A stretch of 63,568 nt of DNA, counting the filler, from Octopus bimaculoides (taxonomy: Eukaryota): the NCBI RefSeq assembly GCF_001194135.2. It is 11 parts of 9 records of this genome, joined end to end, with 100 filler letters (N's around TTAATTAATTAA, not from the genome) between each part and the next. Parts side by side here need not be neighbours in the genome. Positions count along the whole stretch, not along the records: positions 19,233 to 31,086 come from NC_068987.1; positions 31,187 to 55,674 come from NC_069002.1; 9 more parts are not named here. One strand, written 5' to 3'. The first letter of the stretch is position 1. Every line of letters begins with the position of its first letter. This document shows, one piece after another, positions 23,350 to 37,374 of the stretch. The notes beneath the pieces were generated by a model that was given only the letters and a program-made list of their open reading frames with translations, searched no databases and had not been told where the DNA came from. Both the position numbers and the translations under genes were made by a program.

Positions 23350-23783
23350 GTATGTATGTATGTATGTATATATTCACATATCTATACATAAAAGGATATA
23401 TGCCTAAAGAAATATGTGTGTGTGTATATATATATGTGTGTGTGTGTGTGTAGATATACATTGTATATCATTACACACCCACAAAAACACATGCATGTGC
23501 GTGTGACTGTGCGCGCGTGTATATACGTATGTATGCATTCACATACGGACACATAGATCATACACGTATATTTAGTTAGCCAGTGATCGTGACCACTGTT
23601 AGTTGATAGGTTTCACGGTTGAGCTGATTATTCTAACATTGCACTATCACGGTATAAATATTGGAGAAAATTCGGTTACCTGCCACATGCTGTCTTCTGA
23701 TAGCTGTACTTGTTGATATGGTCTTTGATAATCAAACACACTTATTGACAAGCGTAAATGTATATATACATAAATGCATACCT

Positions 23784-23824
<41 letters not shown>

Positions 23825-24081
23825 NNNNNNNNNNNNNNNNNNNNNNNNNNNNNNNNNNNNNNNNNNNNNNNNNNNNNNNNNNNNNNNNNNNNNNNNNNNN
23901 NNNNNNNNNNNNNNNNNNNNNNNNNNNNNNNNNNNNNNNNNNNNNNNNNNNNNNNNNNNNNNNNNNNNNNNNNNNNNNNNNNNNNNNNNNNNNNNNNNNN
24001 NNNNNNNNNNNNNNNNNNNNNNNNNNNNNNNNNNNNNNNNNNNNNNNNNNNNNNNNNNNNNNNNNNNNNNNNNNNNNNNNN

Positions 24082-24126
<45 letters not shown>

Positions 24127-24496
24127 AATATATATATATACACAAATATATATACATATATATTTACACATGGATATATCTACGTATATACATCTATATA
24201 CATACACACGCCCACCCATATATATCTTGTATATATATATCTTGTATATATATATATATATATATATATGCATGTATATATGTATGTGTGTATGTGAGTT
24301 AGTGTGTGTATATATATATATATTCATGTGTACGTGTGTATGTGTATATGTGTGTATGTGTGTGTATGTGTGTGCGTCTATATTTATATATCTTGAGATA
24401 ATTGTTGTCTTGTCTCAAGTTAGCGTTATTGGTTTTCTTGTCCCTGTTTTGTAATGTATCTCTTTTAAGTTGACCGACTTCTAACGTTCAACACCA

Positions 24497-24596
<100 letters not shown>

Positions 24597-26669
24597 ATAA
24601 TCATAGTTTTGCTTGATTGCAGATATGTCCTACTTAATGTATCCCTAATCTTCAGCACTTGTAATATGTAGCTTTAGAAACCCCTGCTTGTATTTCTGAT
24701 CGCGCACATGTGTGTGTGCATGTGTGTGTGTATGTGTGCGTGCGTGTGCGTGTGCATGTGTGTGTGTGTGTGTCTGTGTGTGTGTGTGCGCTTGTCTCTG
24801 TGCTTGTGTGCGTGTGTGTATGTGTGCGTGTGTGTACGTGTNNNNNNNNNNGATTAACACATACTTTAAGAAATTATTATTTCTTATATTTAATTGTTTA
24901 TGCTATAATTTTATTTACTCCGTGTACCCAGACTTTGTGGACACCCTGTATATAGCGTTTCAACGTGACCAACCACCCTTTTCCGAATGCTAAATCTTGA
25001 ACTAATTTTTTCAATGGCTCATACTTTTTCTGTTTTTGATTTAATTTCTATCAAAGAGGACTGAGCCGAAGAAGTGCTTGGCTGCTTAGCACTGGAACTT
25101 TTGGTGTTTTCAAGCACCTTACGAAGATGGTCTTGTTGATGGCGCCCTTCCTGCTTCGTACATTTATATACGTACATACATACACATATACATACATACA
25201 TACAAGAAGGGTAAAAATACCACTTGCCAAAGATGAAAGCGAAAGCTTCAAAGACCACCTTTCCTACGATAAATACACACACAAGCAATGCATTGAACAC
25301 TTTAAAAAACAGGCCTACCTTCAGGATGGAATTTGAAGATACCCCAATATCAATTGATTTCATGCTGTGCATGAGAAAACATGCCTTGCAATCTTCAGTT
25401 GGAGGTAGTAACATCTATTTCCAAAATATCCACTACGTCAACTCGTGTGCGTTTCGAACTTTAAACGTCCCGCTCCGTTTAAAGAGAAAACTATCGTAAA
25501 CAATAAAAAATAACTATATGAAAGCATTATTGCTGTTAAAAACAGCAATAATGAGGCGGTTAGCAAGACTTCTACCTCAATAGGTATAATATTTGGCAAG
25601 CGGTATTTTTAACCTTCATTTATTCAAATATTTAATATTATACCTATTAAGGTAGAAGTCTTGCTAACCGCNNNNNNNNNNNNNNNNNNNNNNNNNNNNN
25701 NNNNNNNNNNNNNNNNNNNNNNNNNNNNNNNNNNNNNNNNNNNNNNNNNNNNNNNNNNNNNNNNNNNNNNNNNNNNNNNNNNNNNNNNNNNNNNNNNNNN
25801 NNNNNNNNNNNNNNNNNNNNNNNNNNNNNNNNNNNNNNNNNNNNNNNNNNNNNNNNNNNNNNNNNNNNNNNNNNNNNNNNNNNNNNNNNNNNNNNNNNNN
25901 NNNNNNNNNNNNNNNNNNNNNNNNNNNNNNNNNNNNNNNNNNNNNNNNNNNNNNNNNNNNNNNNNNNNNNNNNNNNNNNNNNNNNNNNNNNNNNNNNNNN
26001 NNNNNNNNNNNNNNNNNNNNNNNNNNNNNNNNNNNNNNNNNNNNNNNNNNNNNNNNNNNNNNNNNNNNNNNNNNNNNNNNNNNNNNNNNNNNNNNNNNNN
26101 NNNNNNNNNNNNNNNNNNNNNNNNNNNNNNNNNNNNNNNNNNGTATATGTATGTATATATGTATGCATACCACCCTTTCTCTCTCTCCATCTACTTTCCC
26201 CATTCTATCTCCATTTTTCTCTACTTTCTTTTCCCACAACCATTCTGCTTCAAACCAGATTGGCTCTATGAACGTTCCGACAACTGTTATGTATAGGACA
26301 AACTTTTGTTTAGAATTTATATTTTGAAATATCAACTCTTGGTTTCGAGTTTATTTTGATATTACGCAACTCTTTTTTCCATAACATTCCAGTTTATCTC
26401 AACTTGGACAATAGGGTTCAACACAACACGAATATGGATGTGGAATATTTCCCCTGAACCCTGAGTCGAAAAAATTCTGGTATGGTGTATTACATCAAAG
26501 CAGACGAGCATATGAGAATGTACGTATGAGTGTGTGAATATGTGTGCATGTGTGTTTACTCACAAATACACAAAAGCTCGTGTATACATGCATACATGCA
26601 TACATACATACATACATCGCTGACCACTACATTTATATTTTTTTCTCTCCTTGTTTCTCTCATTTCTTT

Positions 26670-26810
26670 CCGTGTTCCTTTCTGTAGAAGAGCGTAGGCT
26701 CGAAACGTCAAAGACTTTCTCTATTCCCGAGCGTTCTACTAATACATCCATTTGTTGTTTACACCACCTGTCTTCGTCTGTTGTTTGTTTTTTTTCGTAA
26801 ATTCTCCCAT
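26670..26810 (+). mobile_element. PLE-type terminal repeat fragment with hammerhead-like motif, ending in (TA)n
   Basis: cttt-CTGTAGA-a-gagc(gtag)gctc-GAA-ACGT-C|aaag at 26678-26713. Stem I is CTTT/AAAG, stem III is the palindrome ACGT, the site is GUC, and the core has A6U. Confidence 0.6.
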
Positions 26811-27760
26811 ATATATATATATTTATATTTATATTTATATATATATGTATATATATATATAAACATATGCATTCCTTATCTTTCTCCCTCTCTNNNNNNN
26901 NNNNNNNNNNNNNNNNNNNNNNNNNNNNNNNNNNNNNNNNNNNNNNNNNNNNNNNNNNNNNNNNNNNNNNNNNNNNNNNNNNNNNNNNNNNNNNNNNNNN
27001 NNNNNNNNNNNNNNNNNNNNNNNNNNNNNNNNNNNNNNNNNNNNNNNNNNNNNNNNNNNNNNNNNNNNNNNNNNNNNNNNNNNNNNNNNNNNNNNNNNNN
27101 NNNNNNNNNNNNNNNNNNNNNNNNNNNNNNNNNNNNNNNNNNNNNNNNNNNNNNNNNNNNNNNNNNNNNNNNNNNNNNNNNNNNNNNNNNNNNNNNNNNN
27201 NNNNNNNNNNNNNNNNNNNNNNNNNNNNNNNNNNNNNNNNNNNNNNNNNNNNNNNNNNNNNNNNNNNNNNNNNNNNNNNNNNNNNNNNNNNNNNNNNNNN
27301 NNNNNNNNNNNNNNNNNNNNNNNNNNNNNNNNNNNNNNNNNNNNNNNNNNNNNNNNNNNNNNNNNNNNNNNNNNNNNNNNNNNNNNNNNNNNNNNNNNNN
27401 NNNNNNNNNNNNNNNNNNNNNNNNNNNNNNNNNNNNNNNNNNNNNNNNNNNNNNNNNNNNNNNNNNNNNNNNNNNNNNNNNNNNNNNNNNNNNNNNNNNN
27501 NNNNNNNNNNNNNNNNNNNNNNNNNNNNNNNNNNNNNNNNNNNNNNNNNNNNNNNNNNNNNNNNNNNNNNNNNNNNNNNNNNNNNNNNNNNNNNNNNNNN
27601 NNNNNNNNNNNNNNNNNNNNNNNNNNNNNNNNNNNNNNNNNNNNNNNNNNNNNNNNNNNNNNNNNNNNNNNNNNNNNNNNNNNNNNNNNNNNNNNNNNNN
27701 NNNNNNNNNNNNNNNNNNNNNNNNNNNNNNNNNNNNNNNNNNNNNNNNNNNNNNNNNNNN

Positions 27761-27804
<44 letters not shown>

Positions 27805-29094
27805 TGAACCAACACGGCGATTTCGAATTTAATGTTAGAAATCAATGCACATCTAGTGAGAGATTTGTATCATAATGGCATGCTCTACTTTGCGACAAGA
27901 CTATTCAGCGTATTAAACTTATTAAATATTCATTTTCATATCAATATCATACACGCAATACCCCTGCTTCAGTTCATCAATACACATTAACAAATTTTCA
28001 ACTTTATGTAAATAAATCTCAGCATTAGTTCTTTACATTTTCTCATGAAACAGGGTTAAGTAGTTGAATCCTGACAATGGACTAAGAAATGGTAAATCTA
28101 ATGGAGCAGTTGATTCGCCTTCTGCCACTTGCTGAAACAAAACGGTGTGATTTAACAACGGTCTTCTCTTTTGGCGAGCTGCAGATATATCTATAATGGC
28201 ATATTGATCGTAAATATCTTTAAACTGTCTATATATGTGCATGTATTTGTGTTTGTATGTATACACACACACACACACACACTTGCGCGCACGCAAACAT
28301 ACACACGTATATATATGTATATATGTATATGTATGTGTGAATGAGAGACCAAAAAATCACGTCTTCTCTATAGGAAGGCAGGAAATAGAAAGAAAGAATC
28401 CCTTTCGTCACGTGTCAGCGACGAGAGGGTCAAGGAGGAGGACTGAGAGAGAGGGAACGGTGAAAGGAAGAGAAGAATAAGGAAAGGGTGGGAGAGAAAA
28501 ACAGAAAGGATGAAGAACAAGAGAGGGAGAGAGATAGACAGGGAAGTGATAGTAATAGTAGTAGAGTGCACAAAGTAATTATTAAAATAAAACTTACTTG
28601 GTAAAGGATGCGTGGCGTTCGATCATATAATAATAAAAATAATATATAAATATATGCATATATACATACATATATGTACATACCTATATCTATATGTATA
28701 CATACATGCATATATGGGTACAGGACATCACAAAAAAACGTTAAACACAATGAGAAACGAAAACATAAAGACGAAGACAGAAAACGAACATTTTTCGAAC
28801 AACGAAAAATACACACACACACACACACACACACGTATAATACAGGTATGTATATGTGTATATCTGAATATTTGTATACATATGTATAAATAAATACATA
28901 AGTGTGCGCGTGTATGCATGTATGTATATACATAAACTTACATATGCATTTAAAATTAGTTTTATTTTTGCTATATACATATACACATAGATATTTACTT
29001 ACATACTTACGCACATAGATAAGTAGACAGGTAAATTTATGTATATGTGTGTGTGCGTGCGTGTTTGTGTGTGAGAGAGTAACATAAATAGGTT

Positions 29095-29125
<31 letters not shown>

Positions 29126-30699
29126 CCATTCACCACAATACAATCGGTTAGTACTCATAAGAGTGCCATGTCTATTGTAATTTATCTATTACATTCCTCT
29201 AAGACTATTCTAACTAGCGTCTGTCTGTCTACAGTGTCACAATTCCGTAGCGCCAACTGGTCAATTGACAAACAATAGAGTTGGGAATGAGGTCAATGGT
29301 CTTTTATAATCTGATTGATTTTGCTGATCGTAGTGGTGGTTGCAGTAGTAGTGTTAGTGGTGGTGGGGGCGGTGGTGGTGAATGTGGTGTTAGTGCTAAT
29401 AGTATTAATCCTGTTGTTGCTTAGTTGCAGGTCATCTCTGATCGAACAGATTAACAATCACACACATCTAGCCGTGATCTCTCCGCTTTTTTCTGTTTCT
29501 TTTTCTTTGGGCATTTAGTATCTGTGACAGTATAGCATTTGTAGCGACCTTCAAGTATCTGGTTTTGTTGCGTATTGCTCAAGACTCGAGAGAATGTGGT
29601 TACGATATTGTTCCTTACATAATGGCAGTGGTTGTGACTTTGAACTGTTGAACCTTACTACAGATGTATTCGAAGTTTCTCTTCATGGAGGCAGCAGAAG
29701 ATTTGATCTGGAGTTTCTAGACTGCCTGTGAAATAGTGCTTTACCACTGGTGTACTCGAAAAGCCAGTGATCGCAACCGTCCTCTGAGGCGTGGCCTTTG
29801 ACTCAACCAAAGCCCATAGCTCTATGTCTGTGAAATGGTCCACTCGGAAATGCTTTGCTGCAGTACAAATGAAAAACGTAGCCTAGAACGCCAGGGTTTT
29901 TTAGAGGTGACAGTATACATGAGTAGAATAGTGGTGACTTAACCGAACCTTGGGCAACACAAGCGTAGGCAGAATGCAATTTTGTCTCCAAGATTGGTTT
30001 GCATCGGACTTGAGATGGTATAGGGCACGAAAAGATTTGGTTTTATCGATTGTTTATTGATTGATTTACGCTGGATCAGACACTTCAACGGGTACAAAAA
30101 GCGCTGACGATGACGATGACGGAGGTGGTGTGGGAGAAGCTATTGGTGATAGTGGATAATGAAATGGGGGTAGTGGTCTTGGTGGTTGTTGTTNNNNNNN
30201 NNNNNNNNNNNNNNNNNNNNNNNNNNNNNNNNNNNNNNNNNNNNNNNNNNNNNNNNNNNNNNNNNNNNNNNNNNNNNNNNNNNNNNNNNNNNNNNNNNNN
30301 NNNNNNNNNNNNNNNNNNNNNNGTGGTGGCGCCATTTGTCATAATAGCGGTGGTTTGTGGTGGAGGTCGTGATGGTGGAAGCGGTAGTCATGGTAGGGAT
30401 GACAGTTTTCATCATGGCAGTGATTTGAGGCGTGGTGTAGTTTATTGCTGGGATTGTAGTTCGTATTGTTGTTATTACGATTGATATTGCTAGTATTGTG
30501 GCATTGTTGTTACCATCATTGTTTTGATGCTGTTATTGTTATGACCAATGTCCTTATTGTTATTGGTATTACGCCTGTTGTTGTTGCCGTCAAAATGTCG
30601 TCAAAGATTTTCGTTACTTTTACAATTTCTTTTCTCACAACTTCCGTAATTTATTGCACTTTCAGAAACAACGCCCTCGGAGGAATTTTCTGCAAACAT

Positions 30700-30756
<57 letters not shown>

Positions 30757-31186
30757 TGCATACATACATATAGCACAAATACACATATACATGCAAAAAG
30801 TACCCTGTTAATGCAGTTGAAATTCCAGTGAAGGAGCCTTGGATCTAGGTTAGAAACCGGCTCTTTTTCTCTTCCCAAGAAGTTTTGAAATAAAACTGTA
30901 TAGTGACATACATACGCACATACATTCGTATCTATCTATCTATCTATCTATCTAATTATATATATATAATGGAGAAATTATACAAAATGTATAAATAGAT
31001 GACGAGTAAAGCACCGGCACAGTTTCGATTACCTGTCGTTATCCGTAGATTTATTGCAGGAACTTCCTACTGGCTGTTGGTGTAACNNNNNNNNNNNNNN
31101 NNNNNNNNNNNNNNNNNNNNNNNNNNNNNNTTAATTAATTAANNNNNNNNNNNNNNNNNNNNNNNNNNNNNNNNNNNNNNNNNNNN

Positions 31187-31230
<44 letters not shown>

Positions 31231-32420
31231 CGTATGCATATATATATGTATATATACGCATAATATTAATAAAATTTGTGTATAGATAACACACTCTATC
31301 GTCTGCTCTTATCTGTCGCCTTCTTTCTCTTTCTCTATAAATATATTTGTTGCTGTATCTTTATATCTTTACTTACATAATACAATGAATTCAACCACTT
31401 CCGTTCTCACTTCTCTCCCGAATTTGGCTTTCACACTATACATATACACGCACACATACACCCATGTGGATACATGCATACATACTTCAAAAATACACAT
31501 ATACACGCGTGTCTGGATATGTATATATATATGTAATGATATATACGTAAATATACATATTATATATAACACCCATACCAATATGAGTATGTATATATGC
31601 GAGTATGTATATATACTCATGTTTGTATATGCATATATATATACAGACATACGTACATTCATACATACATATGTATATTTAGAGGGAGAGGAAGAGAATG
31701 TGTGGGCGATATATAGATATCGTTATATGCTTAAAATCATTTTGGGATTTACATACAAGCCAAAGATATATTCCACTAGCCTGAAAGAAATTCTGCTGAA
31801 TAAGAGTTAGCAATTCATTGTAGGTAGTTTCTGGTAGCTGATTCTGAAAACGATGAGGGAAGTGCTTAAGCCACAGGGAGTAGGGTAATCACTTCTTTAT
31901 AAATCACATTGTATTCTATCAATAATGATTATTTTAAAAGCCGAAGGGCACAATTTGCATTTGCGTTCATTTTCTAAGTTTTTGTTGGTGCATTACATCT
32001 AAATATAGTTTATAATTTGACATGCAATTCTAGCGTAGCTTCCCACAGCATTCCGTCTCTTTAAATCCTACTTACTTTTTGCTTTTTATTTATTTATTAT
32101 TATTATTGATATTATCATTATTTTCTTAGTATTATGATTGGCGTTATTATTGTTGTTTCTTTTTCTCTTTCCTGCCTAAATAACAATCGACATAGCAATC
32201 AGTACAAAGGAGACTTATCTCTTACTCCGAACAGCGGACCGATCCTAAATATTTTTTTTATCAGCTTCATTTATCCTGAGGACACACAGCAAGATGTTCG
32301 TACCTCAAATGAGCCGAGTTAGATAGAAAAGAAAAATGAGGTTGCCCGAACAACTTCCTGTTCATTTCTAATTGAAGATTTTTCACAAAAGGATTTACAA
32401 TAAATAATTTTGTTTCTCTT

Positions 32421-33612
32421 CAGGCTGCGAGAGATATTGGAGAACATATTTGGTAATTCTATAAAACAACTCTAATGTAGCAAAAAATGTCTTTCAAAAC
32501 AGATATGTGTACATGTTCTCGATAAGCGTTCTTATGAGATTATTCTATGAATCCGTCTTCAGCTTCACTGACTGCTTCAATGCAGGACCGGAATCATTGT
32601 CATGCCATAATTTATGGTCCTTATTCATTTAGGACATCACCTGGACAATGGCGGACTTGAGTGAACGTCAAATAGTCTCCCTTTCAACACCGTTGCAAAG
32701 GTAGTATTCCATTGCGCTTAAATCTGGAGAGTTTCGAGGCTGCAAGTTTGGTGTTACATTAAAGTGAAAACTGTTTGACATCCAATCTTGTGATACGTGG
32801 GTTTTGTGAGAAGATGTTAAGTCTTGTTGCATCACCTATGTCCTTTCACCGCATACTTTATCCATTCGGAGTTTAGAAAATGTCTCCAGTACCTCAACGT
32901 ATCCATCAGTATTAATTTTAAGGCTTTGTGGAAAGATCTGAAGTAGCCTGACATGACCTTCGTTACTCACCTCTCCTAAAATCATCGCAGTTACTGTGCA
33001 TCACACTGAGGACATCAGAGAGATCTACAAATTACCAGCTGTCCCTTTTCCTGTTAGAATTTTAATCTTGGTCGAAGTTTTACTCGTTAGGGAAGGACCA
33101 AAGTATGGCATCTCCGTCAGGGCTTTTAACCTTAAGTAACCGTTTGGCACGGATCAAATGATTTTCCCGTCATTGAAGATGTACGGTTTGTATCAAATGT
33201 TCTCGTGCACCACAGTTTTGATAGTCTATTCTGATACCTAAAGTTCTTTGGTGATGGCCCTTAGTGCTTTTCTGGAATTATAATCGGTAACGTTTTGAAC
33301 CCATAGGATTATCTGCAGTGTCTTTATAGTGTCGTATGGTTAATAAGGTTGCTTTCTCTTTGATATAGTTGAAACAACTCTGCCACAAGCTTCCAATTTT
33401 ATTCCAAGTTTGAGTATAAAAGACCTTGCAACATTCAGAAACTTGACAATTTCTAAATTTATGTTGCACACATATTGCAACAAGAACTGTATTTCTTTGT
33501 ACATTTTGTGTTAGTATTTTTATCTACCATTCTGCCATGGGGCAATCTGAAAGAAATAAAATCCTTTTATTTGGTTTGATACATAATTGTCTTTAAACAT
33601 CCTCGCACGCTG
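32421..33612 (-). mobile_element. IS630-Tc1-mariner element of DD37D (maT-like) type, decayed
   Basis: Minus translation LWSFPNE*NFDQD*NSNRKRD, QQDLTSSHKTHVSQDW, PRNSPDLSAMEYY, ending RFRSCIEAVSEAEDGFIE* (stop 32540-32542). Imperfect TIRs at 32421-32450 and 33587-33612. Confidence 0.75.
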
Positions 33613-36420
33613 CACATTTTAAGTTCAAATTTCGACATTGTCTCCCATGCACTGGGATTCATAAAAAAACTGTCAGTCGTGTACTAAATTCAATTCATCC
33701 AATGGAATACTTTACCAAGAATCTCTGATATGATGTGTATACAGCATTTAAAATATTTTGTAGTTAGCTTTCCTGCTCATATACAACATTTTCCCCTCTC
33801 AGATTCAAACGCTTATTGCAGTAGGCCTTCAGTTTTTTTTAAAGCTCTGTAACAGAACTTGGAAGGCTGGGACTCCCACCAGGCCTTTCGCGAGACCATT
33901 AAAGCCAGGGACTGGAACAAATTTAATTCGTTTGATTAAATTCCCTTTATTCTCCAAAACATCGACCCTTTGGATTCTCCTTTCTGCTCATGTCTTTCCT
34001 TTCATGCATGGATTGACCTACAACAGTTTAAAGAGAATATTAGCAACGTCAAGTTCACCAGTCTTGGAAGGCCTTCAAAAGTTATGGGCATTGTCTCTTA
34101 CCCCAGACTCAGTAATATTATATTGTTTCGTTTGAGCTTTTAGGAATATGACACTATAAACTAGATCTAGCTTCAACTTCCTTGTCATAAAAGGAGTGAA
34201 TCGTTTGATATTTTTAATTAGACGCTTATTGCAAACAGTGATTAGTTTTATAAAATTCCTTTCGACGATATATCTAGGACAGAAAAACGAAGCAGGACTG
34301 CAAATCAGCGAAACACTGTAGCGTTATGCAACTAAAACCACAAGACGCCTCTGTTATGAGTAATAGAGAAAACGCGCAAAACACCCCCGCCATCATCAAA
34401 CGGAGATCTACGTCAGTCTGTATTGCTTATTTACAGCAATGCACAAAATATTATTCAGTGATTGAAAAGCTTTAGACATGGTCACAAAGTTGTAATAGAA
34501 GCAAACGTGACTGTGTGACATTTTTCTTTAAATCTAAGCTTTCGAATTCCACTCATCTCTCCCTTATCCTTCGTGCAAATATCGTCTACAAATATTCGAC
34601 GTCAACCAGTGCCTCATGTATGAAATGTGGGAATTCCCCATTTGCCTGGACTCTACTTGGCTTTTAATGGTAGACTTAATCCGTCGCCTTGCTTAATACC
34701 TCCTGGTCGGTGGATGTCATTAGCAAACGCTACGTTGTTGTAAGAATTCAGGTTTGTTCTGTGGCGTGATGATAACTTAATTACTTCCTCTCACCCGTCT
34801 CAGAGCGTCCTGATGAAATGTCATGGCCATTGTCTTTCCTTTTCTAACAAAAGCTATTTAAAAATACAGACAAAAAAAATGACGATACGAACTGACGGAT
34901 CTTTGTTCGGCCAGCGGGGCGATAACTTAACGATAACAGACATTTAACATTCTCCTATTTGAATTGTAAACAACTTCTTATCTAACACATCAACACTGAA
35001 AATTATCGAGTCTTCGTCCCACCTTTATAGCGAATACCATGCATCATTCTATCACTAATATCATCTTTATTATAATTATAATTCATTTCATGGTTAGACA
35101 TCTTTGTTTCTTTCTTTCCAGATTACAAAACCTCTTATCGTTCGTGTTATATGGAGACGCTATACGTTGGGGAGACCGTTTGCTAAAAAAATTTATCTTC
35201 AAATTTTCAGAATAATCTTTCAAGTCTATCTGTGTTTTAAGTTTAAAGATAACAACTGTATTTATTTACATTTTTTTTCACTGATAACCTGAAATTTAGA
35301 TTTTTTTTTGTTTCTTTCTTGGTCAATCGATTTTATACAAAAAAAGAAAAAAATTCATAGTTTTTGGACATAAAAGTTATTGTTTTTTATAGAGAGTGCA
35401 TGACTTGCTTAAAACAATTTATGACAAAAAGACGTTTATAAATAACAAAGAGATATACAAACAAAAGAATCGGACGGAATGTTCCTAAATTATACCCTTT
35501 TAACCAATGTAGAATTTAGTTTCTTTTAGATTATATTTAAAGTTCTTTGTTACTTTTTCTGTATCAAATTTCACGTCCACTAACATCAAAATAAAACCAA
35601 TAGTTTCGAAATATAAAAAAGCTAAACACATATAGACATATAACACTTCAACTATGATTTAGTTCCGCAAATGTTATATTTTTATTAATGTCACAAATAT
35701 CAGCGAAATTAAGGTGATTTAAAGTAATCTAGGCTTGGCAATATTTGTCTACGATTGTTTTAGATTAAATTACATATGTAAATTCATGTCAGGAAATATC
35801 ACCCATTAGACACTATGGTTGCGATTGAAGAAGATAAGAACAGTTCAGTCTCTTTTTTTATTACCTCTTCGCTCTGTATTAAAATTAGAATAAAATTGCA
35901 GTTTATACCCTACCACATATATATGTATATGTAGAGAATTAACATTGCTTATATANNNNNNNNNNNNNNNNNNNNNNNNNNNNNNNNNNNNNNNNNNNNN
36001 NNNNNNNNNNNNNNNNNNNNNNNNNNNNNNNNNNNNNNNNNNNNNNNNNNNNNNNNNNNNNNNNNNNNNNNNNNNNNNNNNNNNNNNNNNNNNNNNNNNN
36101 NNNNNNNNNNNNNNNNNNNNNNNNNNNNNNNNNNNNNNNNNNNNNNNNNNNNNNNNNNNNNNNNNNNNNNNNNNNNNNNNNNNNNNNNNNNNNNNNNNNN
36201 NNNNNNNNNNNNNNNNNNNNNNNNNNNNNNNNNNNNNNNNNNNNNNNNNNNNNNNNNNNNNNNNNNNNNNNNNNNNNNNNNNNNNNNNNNNNNNNNNNNN
36301 NNNNNNNNNNNNNNNNNNNNNNNNNNNNNNNNNNNNNNNNNNNNNNNNNNNNNNNNNNNNNNNNNNNNNNNNNNNNNNNNNNNNNNNNNNNNNNNNNNNN
36401 NNNNNNNNNNNNNNNNNNNN

Positions 36421-36663
36421 CTATCATAGTAGGTGCCTTAGGTAAAATAAAAAAATATTCAGACAAATACATAACAAAAATAGCAGGACTTACAAATATA
36501 TATAACATACAGAAAATTGCACTACTGGGTACTGCACACATTCTACGCAAAACACTTTCAATACAGTAAACATAAGAGCACCACAGCAAACCACAGCACA
36601 TACCCAAGGCGCAGAGAGCTGCGCTCGGTAGCGAAGTGAAAGCACGTTATAAAAATAAAACTA

Positions 36664-36708
<45 letters not shown>
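36421..36708 (+). mobile_element. R4/Dong-type non-LTR retrotransposon 3' end followed by (AAT)n
   Basis: 36423-36569 encodes IIVGALGKIKKYSDKYITKIAGLTNIYNIQKIALLGTAHILRKTLSIQ*, matching the V.GALG...IQK.ALLGTA.ILR C-terminus of R4/Dong elements. A short 3' UTR is followed by (AAT)n at 36667-36708; Dong elements are known to target TAA repeats. Confidence 0.85.
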
Positions 36709-36710
<2 letters not shown>

Positions 36711-36768
36711 TACCAATGATAATATTTACCTACCTATATATCTATAACTATGAATGTATACATGTTCT

Positions 36769-36804
<36 letters not shown>

Positions 36805-37324
36805 AAACACACGCACGCAAATGACTGCATATGTATAGAACGTAATTTCTACTTTTTGTAAATTTTTGCTTTTTCATTTCAATTCTGCAACATTATACAG
36901 GACATTATGGCTCAATGACCTGAAATTTAAATAAAATTTATTTTCTTTAAGTACAACAAAAGGCGTTTAATTTATTTATCTTCTTGCTCTGTAATTTAGT
37001 TTGCAATTAGATGCGTGTTAGTTATATTTTCGGTAATTTGTGCTTCTGTAAGGAACCTCCCGACTGAAGGATAACTCTTAAAACATTGCCAGAAACAGAA
37101 TTATAGCAAGAGCTAGTCAACTTAATGGCTGCAAACATCTCATGATACGAGGCGCAACAGCGGTATTTTAATCGCTTAATCAATATTAACGAATGGGTTA
37201 TTATTTATCTAATTAACATATGCTGAATTCTAAATTAATAATTCCCTTGAAACAACTTTTTCGTATGCGATCCCTTTTAAAACTTTATATGATGTGCACA
37301 TTATATTGTGTATGCGTGCATATG

Positions 37325-37374
<50 letters not shown>

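Noticed and set aside
27799-27830. CTGATGA / CTGAGGA cores at 27800, 15930, 34810 and 47805 as hammerheads
   Set aside because: None has a correctly spaced GAAA with supporting stems; such heptamers are expected by chance.
31000-31086. Another hammerhead-like PLE terminus (minus strand ...ATAACGA-caggtaatc-GAAAC-tgtg)
   Set aside because: Core and stems I-III cannot be paired convincingly, and the sequence is truncated by a gap.
32424-32452. Apparent 29-nt exon (LREILENIF) that, joined to 10132-10166, looked calaxin/EFCAB1-like (MDRTRLREILENIF)
   Set aside because: The segment coincides with the probable terminal inverted repeat of the DD37D element (partner at 33587-33612), and no downstream MTDD...DRVF exon was found.
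34766-34815. C/D box snoRNA (GTGATGA...CTGA)
   Set aside because: The boxes are only ~45 nt apart with no terminal stem, and no recognisable rRNA guide was seen.
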